From the NCBI RefSeq assembly GCF_009914755.1, contig NC_060940.1: a stretch of 64,000 bases of DNA. One strand, written 5' to 3'. The stretch is from the human T2T-CHM13v2.0 reference genome, Homo sapiens. The position numbers and the translations under genes are program-made. A model generated the notes under the pieces. It made no database searches, had not been told where the DNA came from, and was given only the letters and a program-made list of their open reading frames with translations. Below, in pieces: positions 1 through 13,704 of the stretch; positions within the stretch are counted from its first letter, which is position 1; each line of letters opens with the position of its first letter.

Positions 1-286
<286 letters not shown>

Positions 287-290
287 TGAT

Positions 291-610
291 GCTTACTAGA
301 GGCAGGAGAAGGGACATAGAAGGAGCAATGGGGATAGGTCGGCCAAGGGGTACAAAGTTAATCAGGAAGAATAAGTTCCTGTGTTCTATTACGCAGTAGG
401 GCGACTGGAGCTAATGACCATACATTGCATATTTCAAGATAGTCAGAGAAGAGGAGCTTGAAAATGATCACCACAAAGAAACGGTAAAGGTTTGAAGTGA
501 TGGACACACACTGGCTACCCTGTTTGATCATTATACAATGTATATATGTATCAAAATATTACACTATACTTATAAACATGTATAATTATATGTGTCAATT
601 ATAAATGAAA
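291..610 (+). mobile_element. L1MA-type 3' UTR fragment
   Basis: gggtacaaagtt...atttcaagatag...ccacaaagaa...tttgaagtgatgg...tcaaaatattacact resembles the L1MA 3' end. Confidence 0.8.
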
Positions 611-720
611 TGTTAATATGTCCCTTGATTCTTGTTTGTACCTTTTTCCAATTATTTAGCCTTACATATATATCCATGTATATATAAATTTTACATAAAT
701 GCATAAAAAGTGAGCATTCC

Positions 721-722
<2 letters not shown>

Positions 723-760
<38 letters not shown>

Positions 761-841
761 AGAAAAAGAGACAGAGACAAGCAGAGAGAGAGAGAGAGAG
801 GCAGAAACAGAGAGAGAGGAGGAGACAGGGAGAGAGAGACG
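723..841. repeat. (TG)17 microsatellite followed by GA-rich tract
   Basis: Read directly. Confidence 0.97.
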
Positions 842-1116
842 GCAAACTTTTTTTGCTACCAATTTTGGCTCATTTGCCCTGCCCCTCTATTCTCACCCCC
901 ATTGCCATCTCCCCACCTGCTCCAACACCTGCCCCACCAGAAAACCTGTACTGACAGTCCAGTCAGTGGTCTTCTATATAGTGTCCATCCTCATTTAATT
1001 CTAGACAGCCATACAGACACACGAGTGTGGGCAATCATTGTTTTATAGAAATGGGATCATATTCTACCAACCGTTCCCATGTATTCAACAATTCCTTGTT
1101 GTAAGCCCTCCAAGTT

Positions 1117-1693
1117 GATTTCTCAAAGAACTAAAAATGGAACTTTCACTGGACCCAGCAATCCCATCGTTGATATGTACCCAAAGGAAATAAGTCATTC
1201 TACCGAAAAGACACTTGTGCTCATATCTTTATAGCAGTGCTAGTCACAATAGCCAAGACATGGAATCAACCCAGCTGTCCATCAGTGGTGGACTGGATAA
1301 AGAAAATATGGTACATATATACCACAGAATACTAGACAGCCACAAAAAAAGAATAAAATGATGTTCTCTATAGCACCATGGATGCAGCTGGAGGCTGTTA
1401 TCCTAAGCAAATTAACGCAGAAACAGAAAACCAAATACTGCACATTCTCACTTACATGCGGGAACTAAACACTGGGTACACAAAGACAGAAAGACGGGAA
1501 CAAGAGACACTGAGGATTCCAAAAGGGGGAAGTGAAGGAGGGGGCAAGGGCTGAAATATTACCTATTGAGTACCAAGTTTGCTACTTGGGCAACGAGATC
1601 ATCAGAAGCCCAAACCTCGGCATCATGCAAGATACCCATGTAAAAAACCTGCAGGTGTACCCCATTAAACTAAAAAAAAAGAAGAAGAAAAGA
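1117..1693 (+). mobile_element. L1 3' end (L1PB/L1PA16-like) with A-rich tail
   Basis: ORF2-end/3' UTR motifs gacccagcaatccca, gactggataaagaaaatatggtacat, accaaatactgcacattctcactt; degraded TSD aagccctccaa (1103) / aagcccccaa (1694); appears to split an older antisense L1ME relic (about 950-1930). Confidence 0.88.
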
Positions 1694-2789
1694 AAGCCCC
1701 CAATACCCCTGATATCACTCACCTTCACTGTCCTTATTGGGCACGTACCAGTCCATAGGTGGAAGCCCCATTGCTTAGTCAGCCACTCCCCCATGGATGA
1801 GCACTCACTTTGCTTCCCATTTCTGCCCGTCAGAAATAACTCAGCCACAAACAGGAGGTCATCTGATGCCTGCAACCACCCTATACAGCACAAATATCCA
1901 TGTGAATCTTTCTTCCCATCCGCAGACACATAGCCAAATGCCTAGCAGGCCTTACCTGACCCCACTAAAACAGTCTTTCTGGCCAGGGAAAATTATAAAG
2001 AATTATATGAGATCACACATACAAAAAAAAAAAAACCTTCACAGTGTGCAGAAGGCTTTGTGTCAAAGTCGAGCTCGCACGTGGCCGTGGCCGGGTTCTC
2101 TGTGGCCAGCCCCATTCACAACACAGCTCTGGCAGAGCACTCTTCAATAGCATCATTAATAGCCCATTGATCCAATTACATTTCTTTCTGTTCCACTTCA
2201 GAATTACAATCTCCTGTTCCCCCTGAAAGAGCCCAGATAGATTCCCAGATGAGTATCGGAAGAGGTAGCTGCCATCAGGACTTGCTTGATGGACCCAAGC
2301 ACTCATCTAATAGTGGCACTGGAAGAATTAATCTGGCTGATATATCAGACCTCTCTCCTCCGTGGGAACTTGCCATTTTCTCCAGCCTCTGAGTTTTTCT
2401 AGTGAGATTCAGAGATACAGCCAAATGTGAGTTAACCCAGGGACATCCTAACACTGCCCTCATTGTGTGTTCCCAGCATGGGGTAGGCACTCCATAAATA
2501 ATCGTTGAATTGAAAAATGCCTAAGGAGGGGTATATTGGGGCTCAAAGCAGACCAGGTCGGCTGAAGAAATGGGCTTTATCCAGATTGTGACTTTGCAGG
2601 TTGGACCAGAATGAGAGTTTGAATCTGATTCCATAGGTAATGCATAAAATGAAAATATATACTATAAAAAGGCAAAGTCAAGACCTTGAATGATAGCTGA
2701 GAAAAAAGTAGAGAGAGCTAAATACATATTCCAAGTCTAATGGGCAGGATAATGAGGGACAGAGGTAGGCAGCAATAGGACCAAAATAG

Positions 2790-3080
2790 CATTCATTCAC
2801 TTAGTAACTGTATAATGAAGACCTACCTTACGCCGGGCACCGTGCTAAGCACTGGGGAGGCGGTGGTGTAGAAGTCATTATCCCAGCCCTCAATTGCTCA
2901 TGGTCTTAGGGAGGAGGCCAAGACACAATCACATTAGAGCCATGACCAGGACAGGACAGAGCTAAAGCCTATGACAAACATAAGCCCAGGGAAATTAAGG
3001 AGTATACAGGGAGGCGCCTAAGCCAACCTGGGGAAGTATCAAAGGCTTCCTGGAGGAGGAGGATGAGGAAGAATTAGTAA
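2790..3080 (-). mobile_element. L2 3' fragment
   Basis: attcattcac...gccgggcaccgtgctaagcactgggg...aaggcttcctggaggag. Confidence 0.7.
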
Positions 3081-3229
3081 TGTTGAATACTGGCAGGTGA
3101 ACAATTCATACTGTGAGAGGCTGTGGCCCCAGTACCCTTGCATCTGCTTTAGACTTTGACTTCTACAGTGAGACTCCTGGCCAATGAGGATCTATGTCCA
3201 CAGTCCCTGGGGGTCATCAGCCCTGCACT

Positions 3230-3618
3230 CTCCCACCTCCACATCTTTGTCCATGTTTTTTCCTCTGTATGGATAGCACTCTCTGGTTCCCTCTCCCCAG
3301 TCTGTAAAACCATCACCTTCACCTCCCATCAAGGCACAGCCCCAGTGCTACTTCTTGCATGCAGCTTTTCCAACTTCCTCTACCTGGAATTAATCTCTGT
3401 CTCTTTCTCTCTCTCTCTGAATTTCAATAACACTTTGCTTGTTTCTCTCTTATAGTACACAGCACTCTTGACATTGTATTATAATTATTTGTGTATTTGT
3501 CTTATCTCCTCTGCTAAACTATGAACTCCACAGGGGCAGAAAAAAACCTTGTCTTAACCACCTTTGTATTCCCTGCAGCGCCTTATACAAGGCAGGTGCT
3601 TGATACAGGTTGAATGAA
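3230..3618 (+). mobile_element. L2 3' fragment
   Basis: ctaaactatgaactccacaggggcag...ctttgtattccc...ggtgctt...ttgaatgaa. Confidence 0.7.
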
Positions 3619-4089
3619 GATTATGTTTACCAGGTTCCAGGTAAGTGGAAGGAAATTAAAAGACAGCCCAGCTGGAAACAGTGGGCAGGCATTACAGGCA
3701 GGCCCAGCTTTCTAACAGCTATCATAAAACTGGCTGCTCGCTGGAGCTGTGAATTTCCCATCGCTGGTTAGAGAAATTCTTTAAAAGGGAGATTCTTTTA
3801 AAAATGGCTGTCCTAGATGATGTCTAAGCTCATCTAATTTTCACTAGGTTACTACAATGGAGAATGGTTGATGAGTAAGCAAAGACAGCAGAAACCCACT
3901 ACACAGTGAAATAGGAATAGATGTGTGTTATTGTCAATGTGATTGCTCTTGGTTGAATGATGAGATCAGGGGTATTTATTAGATTATTAAATTTTTAATC
4001 AATTAAACTAAAAGATCCATTCTCAGAGAAATAATGACAGTATGTCATGAGCAAGGATTATAACTAACCTAATTCTAAACATCCGAGGA

Positions 4090-4224
4090 TTTTTTTTGTT
4101 TTTTTTAGAGATAGGGGTCTCATCATGTTGCCCACACTGGCCTCAAACTCCTGGGCTCAGGCCATTCTCCTGCCCCAGATTCCCGAAGTGCTGGGATTAC
4201 AGGTGTGAGCCACTGTGTCTGGCT
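4090..4224 (-). mobile_element. FLAM (free left Alu monomer)
   Basis: T tail then a single antisense monomer ending gagccactgtgtctggct. Confidence 0.85.
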
Positions 4225-4469
4225 GAGAATCATTTTTAAAGTTTGATTTAAACAATCGCCCATCCCCAGATCTGATTTGGGGCATCAATGGGGCCAAATG
4301 ACATGGGTTTCCTAGAGAGCAAATCTCCGGATGTCATACAGATACTTAAAACCTTCAATGGCTCCCCATTTCCCTACAACACATTCCTAGTCCTCAGCTT
4401 GATGTTTGAGGCTTTTAATAATATAGCTCTTGCCAGCTGTACCTTACACAACGCCAGACACACTCAGAC

Positions 4470-4750
4470 CAGAGGTTTCAATCTCAAGGGCATATAGGGA
4501 CTCAGTGGAGTGTGCTGGGCCAGGACAAAACCACAAGGGCATGCCCCAACTCAACAACTGAGCAACTTCACAGGTCCAGCCCCTTTGCCCAGCAGAAATG
4601 CAGACTCAGCATTGCAAGCTCTTCTGAGTTTTCAAAAGAATCAGGAAATTAAGATTTTTTTTTGTAGAACCTGCCATTTTTCAATGTTACCTTAAAAATG
4701 CTTAAACACTTTGTGAAAAATGCCCATCTGTGGCTCAGATCTCTATGATT
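4470..4750. mobile_element. MER102-like hAT-Charlie DNA transposon relic
   Basis: cagaggtttcaa start; ttctgagttttcaaaagaatcaggaaattaagattttt core. Confidence 0.55.
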
Positions 4751-4979
4751 TACTTAGACTCTATTTTTTAATTACTTAGATTTACTAAAAGGTGCTATGC
4801 TCGCACCCCTTCAAATATCCCTCCCCGATGTTTCCTCTCTCTAGGTTACTCCTCTCTGTCTCCTTTCCTGGATTTATTCCAGCCCAACCTTTAAGACTAG
4901 CTTCTAGTTGCAGTCATTCCTGCAGAATTACCAATTTCTTTTTACTCTTCCATATTGTCACAATGTTTTACAATGAACC

Positions 4980-5910
4980 TGAGCAGCAGATGCTGTCAGT
5001 GCCCTCCCACATCCCCTCAGCTCCCTTGATGATTTTGTGCACACCAGTTTCCCATGTGCTTTCACTCCCAACAGCCTCAGAATATTGGAATCCACTTTCT
5101 CTGAATGCACGGAGAGCTAGAAGCACCTGGGAATTTATGTTGCCCAAGAGCAGCCCTTAGCCAATGATTGACAGGTGGAGGAGTTTAAATACTTCACCTC
5201 CCTTGCTTCTTAACGGGAATTACTTCAAAATATGCTGCCTCCAGATCTCCCCTGCAGATTGAGCCACAGTTATCTTCTGCTAGACTTTGTTTGCTATCAC
5301 ACACCTGCTTGGGTTTTTCCTGGAAACACTTCCTATTAAACTGGTTTTAAATGAGCCCTCATTTCAGGATCTGCTTCTAGGACCTTTGATAGACAGCTTT
5401 TGACATGTTCTCCAATGATCTCCAGCATCTTCTCTGTTAATGCCCTTATACAATCCCCTCACCATGAGTGTGCCATGTTTCTAAATCCAAAAGTGATGAG
5501 TGTCACTTCCATGATTGGGATAGAAGAGATTGACTTCCATCTTGCCACCAGACTCTCTAGATTGTCTTCTCTCCTTGTGTGCTTTGATAATGCAAGCTGC
5601 CACATTGAAGAGACCCACATGGCAAAGAAATGAAGGTCATCTCTAGTCAACAGCCAACAAAGAGCTCAATGCTGCCAATAACTACTGAGTGAGCTTGGAA
5701 ATGGATACTTCCCCAGTCAGACCTTCACGTGAGACCACAACCTTGCACCAACATTTGATTATAGCCTTGTGCAAAACCATGAAGCAGAGGACCTAGCTAA
5801 CTCACATCCATATTCCTGGCCCACAACTATAAGATAATAAATGTGGGTCAGTCAAGCTGCTTAAGTCATGGGGTCACCTGGTATGTAGCAACAGATCCCA
5901 ACATAAGACA
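4980..5910 (+). mobile_element. LTR16-like ERVL solo LTR, 3' end split by MLT1F
   Basis: gcagcccttagccaatgattgacagg, TATA-like tttaaata, attaaa, ctcatttcaggatctgcttctagg; terminal taagaca resumes at 5904-5910. Confidence 0.6.
5387..5903 (+). mobile_element. MLT1F-like MaLR solo LTR
   Basis: TG...CA ends; gagacccacatggcaaagaa, gtgagcttggaa, gaagcagaggacctagctaa, gataataaatg. Confidence 0.8.
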
Positions 5911-7419
5911 ATGTGTAATATTTCTATAATTAGAAAATATTCCATCCTAGATATCTCCTCCTGAAAGCCATTCCTGAGCTCCCAGACCAGGGTGTTTTTG
6001 TCACCTCTGTCATGGTCTTCATCATCCTGAATTTAATAATTAATATGCCCTGCCTCCCCATCTTTTTCTCCCCTACTGATCACCTTGAAGGCAGAGCTTT
6101 CAGAGAGAAAAGGTCTGATATATTTCTTTATTCATCATCTAAGCATAGTATCATATAGGAGATGCTTAACAAATGTATATTAAAGTAATTGATTTGTTAA
6201 TTGTTTTCCATATGAGATTTTGGCCAAGTGCCTCCCTATATACCATTATTCTGCAGATGCCAAATCAAGGGTAAGGGAGGCCTTCAATATTCAGCAAAAT
6301 CTCTACTCCATGCATCCCCCACATCATTTTCTAAGCAGTTTCTTCCTTTCCATCACCAGGGTGCTTATCAATTGTACATTGACAATTCCTCCCATCTGTT
6401 CAATTCATCTGTTGGATGGTCACTCTCTGCCACTTCAGAGCAATGGGGAGTTCACTCTGCCTTTCATACCCCTCTGGGAAGCCCAGGAAAATTATCTCTG
6501 ATTAATGTCATTTCTTCTTTTGGGTCTAATGACAAAATTACAGCAAAATCCAGCCCTACTTTGCACCACACTTGGAAAAAAATCTGCTCAGCTTTTGTCT
6601 GCCAACCACAGCAAAAACTTGATTAACCAGGACTCAGTGCACATGGGCAGAGGGCTTTTTCCCCCCAGTTAGCAGAGGGATGAAACTGAAAATCCCATTT
6701 ATTTCCTCCCTTATTAACAGAAAAAAAGAATCAATAGCTTAGCCCACATTGCTACCCACTGTCAATAAATTCCCCCAAAGAAATTGAGTCTCTCTTGGAA
6801 AGATGAGCATTCTTGCAGGCCTAAGAATTGTGTATTCTGGGACTAAAGATAGTGTTAGAAATTAGACTGAATCAGCAGAGATCTTTGGCATGTGGAATTT
6901 TTATTTAAAACACTATTTGCTATCACTTATATTCCCGTCTTTGCCCTTCTCCCAGAAGCAAAGTATAAAAAATGTGTGTTCTCATTTTTCAAGTGTTCCA
7001 GATTCCTAAAGTCCAGTTCATATAAATTGCAGCATATTCTTATTTATATGACAGAGACTGTCACAGGCATCTAAGCTCAAGCTTATTAAACTGAAGTTTC
7101 CTATTCTATCTACTCAATGGGTTCTCATAGTCTCCTAAGCATCTCATCATCTTCCTCCTCCCTCTGAGACATGAAACTCCTACTTGGAACCTTTTCAAGG
7201 TCTACGGCATTGTGCAAAAAGAAAAACCTTTCTTGTTATGCAACTAACAGATCCTTTCAGTTCCAGGGGAGGAAGGAGCCACCAGAATGGTCACTCAATA
7301 ACTTAGCCAAGTTTCAACTCTGTTTTAAGGGAAAGGAATTGCAAAGAAAGGAAACATTCGATTATTGAGCACTGACTATGCCAGGCACTGAATTGAGAAT
7401 GCATTTTTTACTCCTAATC

Positions 7420-7914
7420 ATAGCCTGAGGCCCTGCACGATCTGGTCCCTGCCTGCCTTTTTGACTACACCTCTGACCATGCCCCCACATCACTTAATAT
7501 GCTATACCCACACTGGCCCTTTTTATTTTCTAGAGCATGCCAAGCTCTTCCTACCCCAGGGCCTTTGCACTTGCTGGTCTCTCTGCTGAGAATGCTTTTG
7601 CCCAGATATGTGCGTGGCTCACTCCTTGTCATTCCTCATTTCTTAATTCAAGGCCACCTCCAAAAGGTAATCCCGAACTAAGCTGTCCACCTCCCATGCT
7701 AAGTCATTCTTTATCTTGTTCCTTTATTGTATTTTTTCCATAACACATCACCATTTTAAATTAACTTAGTTATTGCCTGCCTCCCCATGAATATATAAGC
7801 TTCATGAAAGCAAAGTGTGTTCCTGACTTACTCACTATTGTGAAACCAACATGCTAGCACATGCCTGCCATATAATAGAATCTAAAAACATTTCTGGAGT
7901 GGATGAATAAATAA
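7420..7914 (+). mobile_element. L2 (L2a-like) 3' fragment
   Basis: ccagggcctttgcacttgctg...gaatataagcttcatga...gatgaataaataa. Confidence 0.8.
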
Positions 7915-7924
7915 GTTTCTCTCT

Positions 7925-8090
7925 GAATCCTGCCAAGATAAATATTGTTATTATCCCCGTTAGCAGATAAGGAAGTTGAGGTTCCAAGCAGATTAGGAAA
8001 TCTCACAAGTTTGCACAGCTAGAAGGTGCTAGAGCAAATCTTACAACCACGGAACTGTCTAACTCCAGTGCATGCATTCTCCATCATTCC
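7925..8090 (-). mobile_element. MIR
   Basis: ttattatccccgttagcagataaggaagttgagg...cacagctag. Confidence 0.7.
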
Positions 8091-8838
8091 TAGACACTGT
8101 GTGGGAAGACAGGAGATTATAGCTTAATCAATTGTTTTCTAACTTCTGTTCATGAAAAATGTCTGGGCAGCTGTGACAAGGAAAAAAGTCTTTTATCAGC
8201 TCACAGTTGTGAGTGTGACAGAGCAGGGATATATCTTCTGCATCAAACATTGCCAGTTTGTCAAATATCAGAATAGAATTGAATTTTAGGAAGCCACTAT
8301 TTCTGATGCAGCTGTTTCTTTTGGATCCTCTCAATGGGCAGAGAAGATCCCAGCAATAGAATGGGTGAGGCACGCATCTGTCTATTAGGATGGTTGGAAT
8401 GCATGAATTTGATAAGCCCTATATTTGGTGAGGGATGTCTGTCCTCACCCCAAACCTTCTCACCAACGTGACCTCCCGCCAGCATGGAAGCCAGTGTTAC
8501 AACATTGTGAGAACTGGGCCCTGCAACTGTGCTGGTGGCCATTTTTCTGGGACCCTCTTCTTTTACTGATACCTTTGGGAGTACTCCCATATTCATTTCC
8601 GTTGGGCATCTCATTCGTTGCTGTAATTCTTGTCTTCAGTTCAAAGCTCAAAAGCCTCACCATAAAGAACTGGGTTTTACTTTTTGGATCTTGATCCTTG
8701 GGGAAACCCCCTAAAAAAGTCTATATCTACTATATCCACTCCCCATCTTCCAGTCATCTCTGAGCATGGCTGATGTAGGGAATTGCTCAACACAGTTTCA
8801 AAGCCCCAAACAACAAGCTAGCTCTGGACATGCCTACC

Positions 8839-9207
8839 TGCTATGGTTTGAGTTCAGTTTGTGTCCCTCCCCAAAATTCATCTGTTAAAATCCTAATCCC
8901 CAAGGTGATGGTATTAGGAGGTGAGGCCTTTAGGAGATGACTGGGTCATAAGACAGGAGCCCTCATGAATCGGATTAGTGACTTTATAAGAGATCCCAGA
9001 GAGATCTTTGTCCCTCCTATCAGGTCAGATTATAGTGAAAAGTCATCCATGTAAGAACCAGGAAGCAGGTCCTCAGCAGACACTGAATCTGTAGATACCT
9101 TCATCTTGAACTTCCCAGACCTCAAAACAGTGAGAAATAAATTCCTGTTGTTTATAAGCTACCAAGTTTATGGTATTTTGTTACAGCAGTCCAAATGGAC
9201 TAAGACA
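8839..9207 (+). mobile_element. MLT1A0-like MaLR solo LTR, full length
   Basis: tgctatggtttg...ggactaagaca with perfect 5-bp TSD ctacc (8834-8838 / 9208-9212). Confidence 0.92.
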
Positions 9208-10549
9208 CTACCCCCATTCTATTTAAAAGAAAATAATCTATTAGCTCACCACATTTACTGTGCTGAAAATTTCCAACCAGAAGAAAAAGCTTTATGGAGG
9301 TGACCCAACGATATGGAGGTGCTTACAACCCCATGGGTGGCTACAAGAATCAAAGAGAGAAATTATAGTTCAAAGGCAAAACGTATACTATCTCCTCATC
9401 CCTATTTTTTCTTGGTTTAAGTCATTTTTATTAAGAGAGTCATAATGTTCTTTATCTACATGACACTTTCCATCTTTAAACATTAACTAATTAATTGACT
9501 GAAATGGTATCTCGGGAGCATTTATCATCTATCACATTAGCCAGAGAGCCAGGGAACTGTCTATAAAAGCTGTTGAACACTCAGTGGAGGCTTCATCTTT
9601 CCGCTTCCTTTCCCAGAAATGTTTTTTTGTGTGTCTGCATATGAATGTGCAATGGGGAAAAAAATAAAAAGAGAGGATTTGACTTCCACCAACTGCTATA
9701 AAAATTTACCTCTGGGAGACATGGAATTTCAATTGTGAAATAATCAGTCTTGGAAATTGTCCTGTCCTCCAGGAAAAGAAAAAATATGTAGTTTAACAGC
9801 AATTGCCCTTCAAAACAATTACTAATTATAACATCTATAAAGAAAAATACCCTCGATACCATTACTCCTAATAAAGCCAGGCGAATCTATAGAAAGGAAT
9901 TAGCTGGCATGTCTAAAATCTGACAGGAGAGCTGTTGGGGATGGGTCAGAAGAGGAGTGAGCTCCAACCAGCTTAAAAACCTGGATCCAAAGCTTTAGGA
10001 GGCTTACCACCTGGAGCAAGCCTCTCTTAGCAAATTGGCAAGATTAGCACAAGAAATCAGGCCAGGACAATTACAAATTGAGAACCCAAGTCATTTTTCC
10101 TGACTTTCCTTCCACTCTATCCCATCCCAGCTTTCTCCATGAACCTCTTAACCTCCTCTTCAAGCAGATGTCACGGTACCTGGAACTCATGCCTTACAGC
10201 TCACCATCTTCCCTTCACCACAGTCCTCTTAAAGACATATGCCCAGGTAGGGTTACACCAAGCCCCTGAGCCCTTGGATTGAATTTGACTGTCAGATCCT
10301 AACTGTTTGAAACAACATATGTCATGGAGGAAGGATCTTGGAGGAAAGAAAGAGAGAAAGGGGCCACAGAAAAGAGAAGTTGGTGGCAGTGCTGAAGATA
10401 GACAAATGGAAAAAGTCCATTCTGATTTCAAATTCTCCATCACTTCCCTGCTGTGAAGGCTGTGTCAAGTTGATTTGAACTCTCTGATCCTCTCACCTCA
10501 GTTTCTCAAAGTGAGGGGAAAATATACCTGAAAGCCTACTTTTTAAATG

Positions 10550-10940
10550 AGTGTTCAGTTGCAGACAATGGAAACCACTCCAGCTACCTTACGCAGAAGG
10601 GAAGTGATTACCAGATGTAAGCTGACTTAGGAAACCATTGGAAGGACCCAAAGAGTTGGAGCTTCCAAGAACAATTCCCTGGTCCCCCAAATCACTCTGC
10701 CTCTGCTATGATGGTGAAAACTGCTACCTGCACTACGAGAAGTCACCACATCAGGAAGCTAATGGCTGCAGAACTACCCAGACTCTGCAGAGATCCACAG
10801 GAGCAAAGTGAATGGCATTATGCCATTTTCCCCTCTTAACTCAGTTATAAATTCAAGACGCAAAGAGTATCTGATTTGCAGAACCTGAGTCATAGTCAGA
10901 ATCCTAGCTGCAAGGGAGTCCAGTATATTGACCTTTTAGC
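10550..10940 (-). mobile_element. Old MLT1 MaLR LTR relic
   Basis: cagttgcagacaatggaaaccactccagct...tctgatttgcagaacctgagtca...cctagctgcaagggag. Confidence 0.5.
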
Positions 10941-11029
10941 AACCCAGCCTCTGCAGTATAGAATGACACAGTTGACAGAGGCTGGAATGGAAACTGAAGG
11001 AGCCCATGCACAAAGGGCACCACCCACAT

Positions 11030-11125
11030 GATTCAGGGCTGTCAAGAGAATCAAATGAGATGGTGTTTACAAAGCACCTAATATGCTGCCTGATCATTAG
11101 TAGCTTCTCAATAAGCACTAGTTTT
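11030..11125 (+). mobile_element. MIR fragment
   Basis: gagaatcaaatgagat...aaagcacct...ctcaataagcactag. Confidence 0.6.
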
Positions 11126-11425
11126 CCTTCACTTTCCCAAAATTTTGCTGCAGCTTGGCCCTCTGAATCATCCTAAAAGAACAGAAGAAAAAACCTGGAA
11201 GCAGCCAAATGACCTTCCTAACTTAAATGTGAGGGTTTTTTGGGCATCTTTCATTTAGCAACCTTACCAAACATCAGTTATCTCTATTTAAGGCATTCCC
11301 CTACCTCCACAGAAAGAATGAATCATTTTAAGCAGTAGTTTAAGCTTTTACTCTATCCAAACAAAATTGGCGAAAGATCCTCTCCCTGGATAATTACATT
11401 AACATTATTTATCTAACCACTATTT

Positions 11426-11710
<285 letters not shown>

Positions 11711-11719
11711 AATCTAATC

Positions 11720-12090
11720 ATTATTTACTGGTCACCTACTAGTTGCCTGGCAGATGTGATTCCTCTCCTTCAAGGAGTTAACAGTCTAGGCAGGGTAATT
11801 GTGCAAAACTTGTAAGATTAAAATTCTGATAAAACATTAAGAGAAGAGATCAGAGTGCCATAAGCCAGAATAAAGAGGGTGAAACTGATTCTACTCAGGG
11901 AGTCAGGAAAAATCTCCCTGAGGAAGTAATGTCTACACTAAAACCTGAAGGATAAGGAAAAGTTAACCTAGTAAAGAGTGGGAGGGAAGAGAATTTCTGG
12001 CAGAGAAAACAGCACATGCAAAGGCTGAGTATTTAGGAAACCAGAAGAATACCTGTGTGGCTGGAGTATGTTAAGTGAGAAGGAGAGAGA
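11720..12090 (-). mobile_element. L2 fragment
   Basis: gagtcaggaaaaatctccctgaggaagtaat...ggcagagaaaacagcacatgcaaaggc...gtggctggag. Confidence 0.75.
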
Positions 12091-12379
12091 AACGATAATT
12101 ACTTTGGCTATGGAACTCCAGGCTATTATCTGGGGTGACATTTTCCCTCAGGTTGGAATCCAGATATGTGAGACAATTAACATTTCATAAAAATAACTTT
12201 TGAAGCAATGTTTGTCCACCTTTCTGTATCTCAGTTGTCTCCTCTGTAGAATAGTGTTAACCCTTCACTGGATGATCATGAGTGTTAAATAGGATAACAA
12301 GTATACGATTATGACAAGAAGGCTGGGCCCTTTTGAGCACAGCAGCGACATCCTCATCATCTTCTTCAGTGTTTAGCCA

Positions 12380-12920
12380 TACCACTCCAGAGAGCTCCAC
12401 CAAGAACCAGAGAGGTGCTTCCCTACCTGCATGACTTCTCTGAGATGCTCTCTAGCCCACACACAGCAGAGGCACCCACCTGACACCTTCACCTGGCCAC
12501 ATCTGATTGGACCAGAGTGTACACCTCCTACTACCCGGACCTATCATATTCCTACACCTGGGAAACTCTTACATTCAGATAGAGGCGCAATTGATCAGAG
12601 TGCATTAGAAGCTGGAGCTGTAAGGTCATGAAGAAGAAGTCCCAGGGCCCTGGGCAAGTAGAAACTGGGAAACAGCAAACCCTGAGATTCCAACGGCAGG
12701 CGCCAGTCTGCAGAGAAGAGAATGGAGCAGATGTGCAGAGGTAAGCTCCAGAGAGTGAAATGGAGAAAGCGGCTGATTAACAACATTCCAAGTCCCATGA
12801 GGTCCAGCTGCATACGTCGGATTTCCAGAGAGCCTTGTGTGTCCAGACAGTAAAATTTCATATCCACTTTAATCTCTTTGAATGGGTTTCTATTCCTTGC
12901 AATTGAATTATCACTGTCTC
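12380..12920 (+). mobile_element. Old MLT1 MaLR LTR relic
   Basis: tctgattggaccagag...; 3' end tttgaatgggtttctattccttgcaa. Confidence 0.45.
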
Positions 12921-13029
12921 AGAGGCCCATCAAAGTGGAGAGCTGAGGCCACCCTTCCTTAAATCAGACCTAAAATGTAACCCTATCTTGCTAACAGGAC
13001 ATAATACCGGAACTGAGGACCCCACCACC

Positions 13030-13360
13030 ATCTCAAGGCCTTCACACAGGCTATTCCCTTTGCATAGAAAGCTCTTCCACCCGCTCCTTTTGCAAAACTA
13101 AATCTCACTTATCTTCCAGGCTGCCCCCTTTGAGCATCGCTTGTAAAGACTCCCACTCCAAAGTGGACCCTTGCTGTGGTTTCCATAGCTCTCAGGACTT
13201 CCCTTTGCATTGTGTAACTCACTTTGGATCACTCGTAAGATGGCTGCCACCCTACCATATGTGACATTCCACACTTGCATCCTGTTTCTTGCTTATTCCC
13301 CAGGGTTTGAGTGGGGGACACATAGTAGCTGCACAATAAACATCTGATTAATGCATGATG
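13030..13360 (+). mobile_element. L2 3' fragment
   Basis: aggccttcacacaggctattccc...gacacatagtagctgcacaataaacat. Confidence 0.6.
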
Positions 13361-13704
13361 GATAGTCTAAAAGGATCAAATTGACATTCTACTGAAAAAG
13401 AAGAGTTTCACTTTAGCCTACTAGGTGCTCTACTCTATGCAAGGTGTTGGAAACACAAAGATGAATTAGACATCATCCCTGTGTTTAGGTCTTGAAAAGC
13501 CTAAGGGAACAGGTGGATAGGTAGATAAATACGTTTATGACAATGTAACAACGTGAGTGTTAGGAGAGAGAGAGACTACAATAGGTGTATTTCTGAAGGT
13601 TTTTTGGATGACAGGGGAAGAGAGAGAGATGTTGTAGAGGGTCCTAGTGGCCCCCACACCATCACTCCTCAGAATTTTTGCAGAAAACAAATGTAGTGAG
13701 CATC

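Noticed and set aside
6640-6685. Partial CTCF-like words (gcagagggc, agcagaggga; also cagagggcgg at 17801)
   Set aside because: Incomplete cores with no upstream module; the 17801 match is an Alu/LTR junction.
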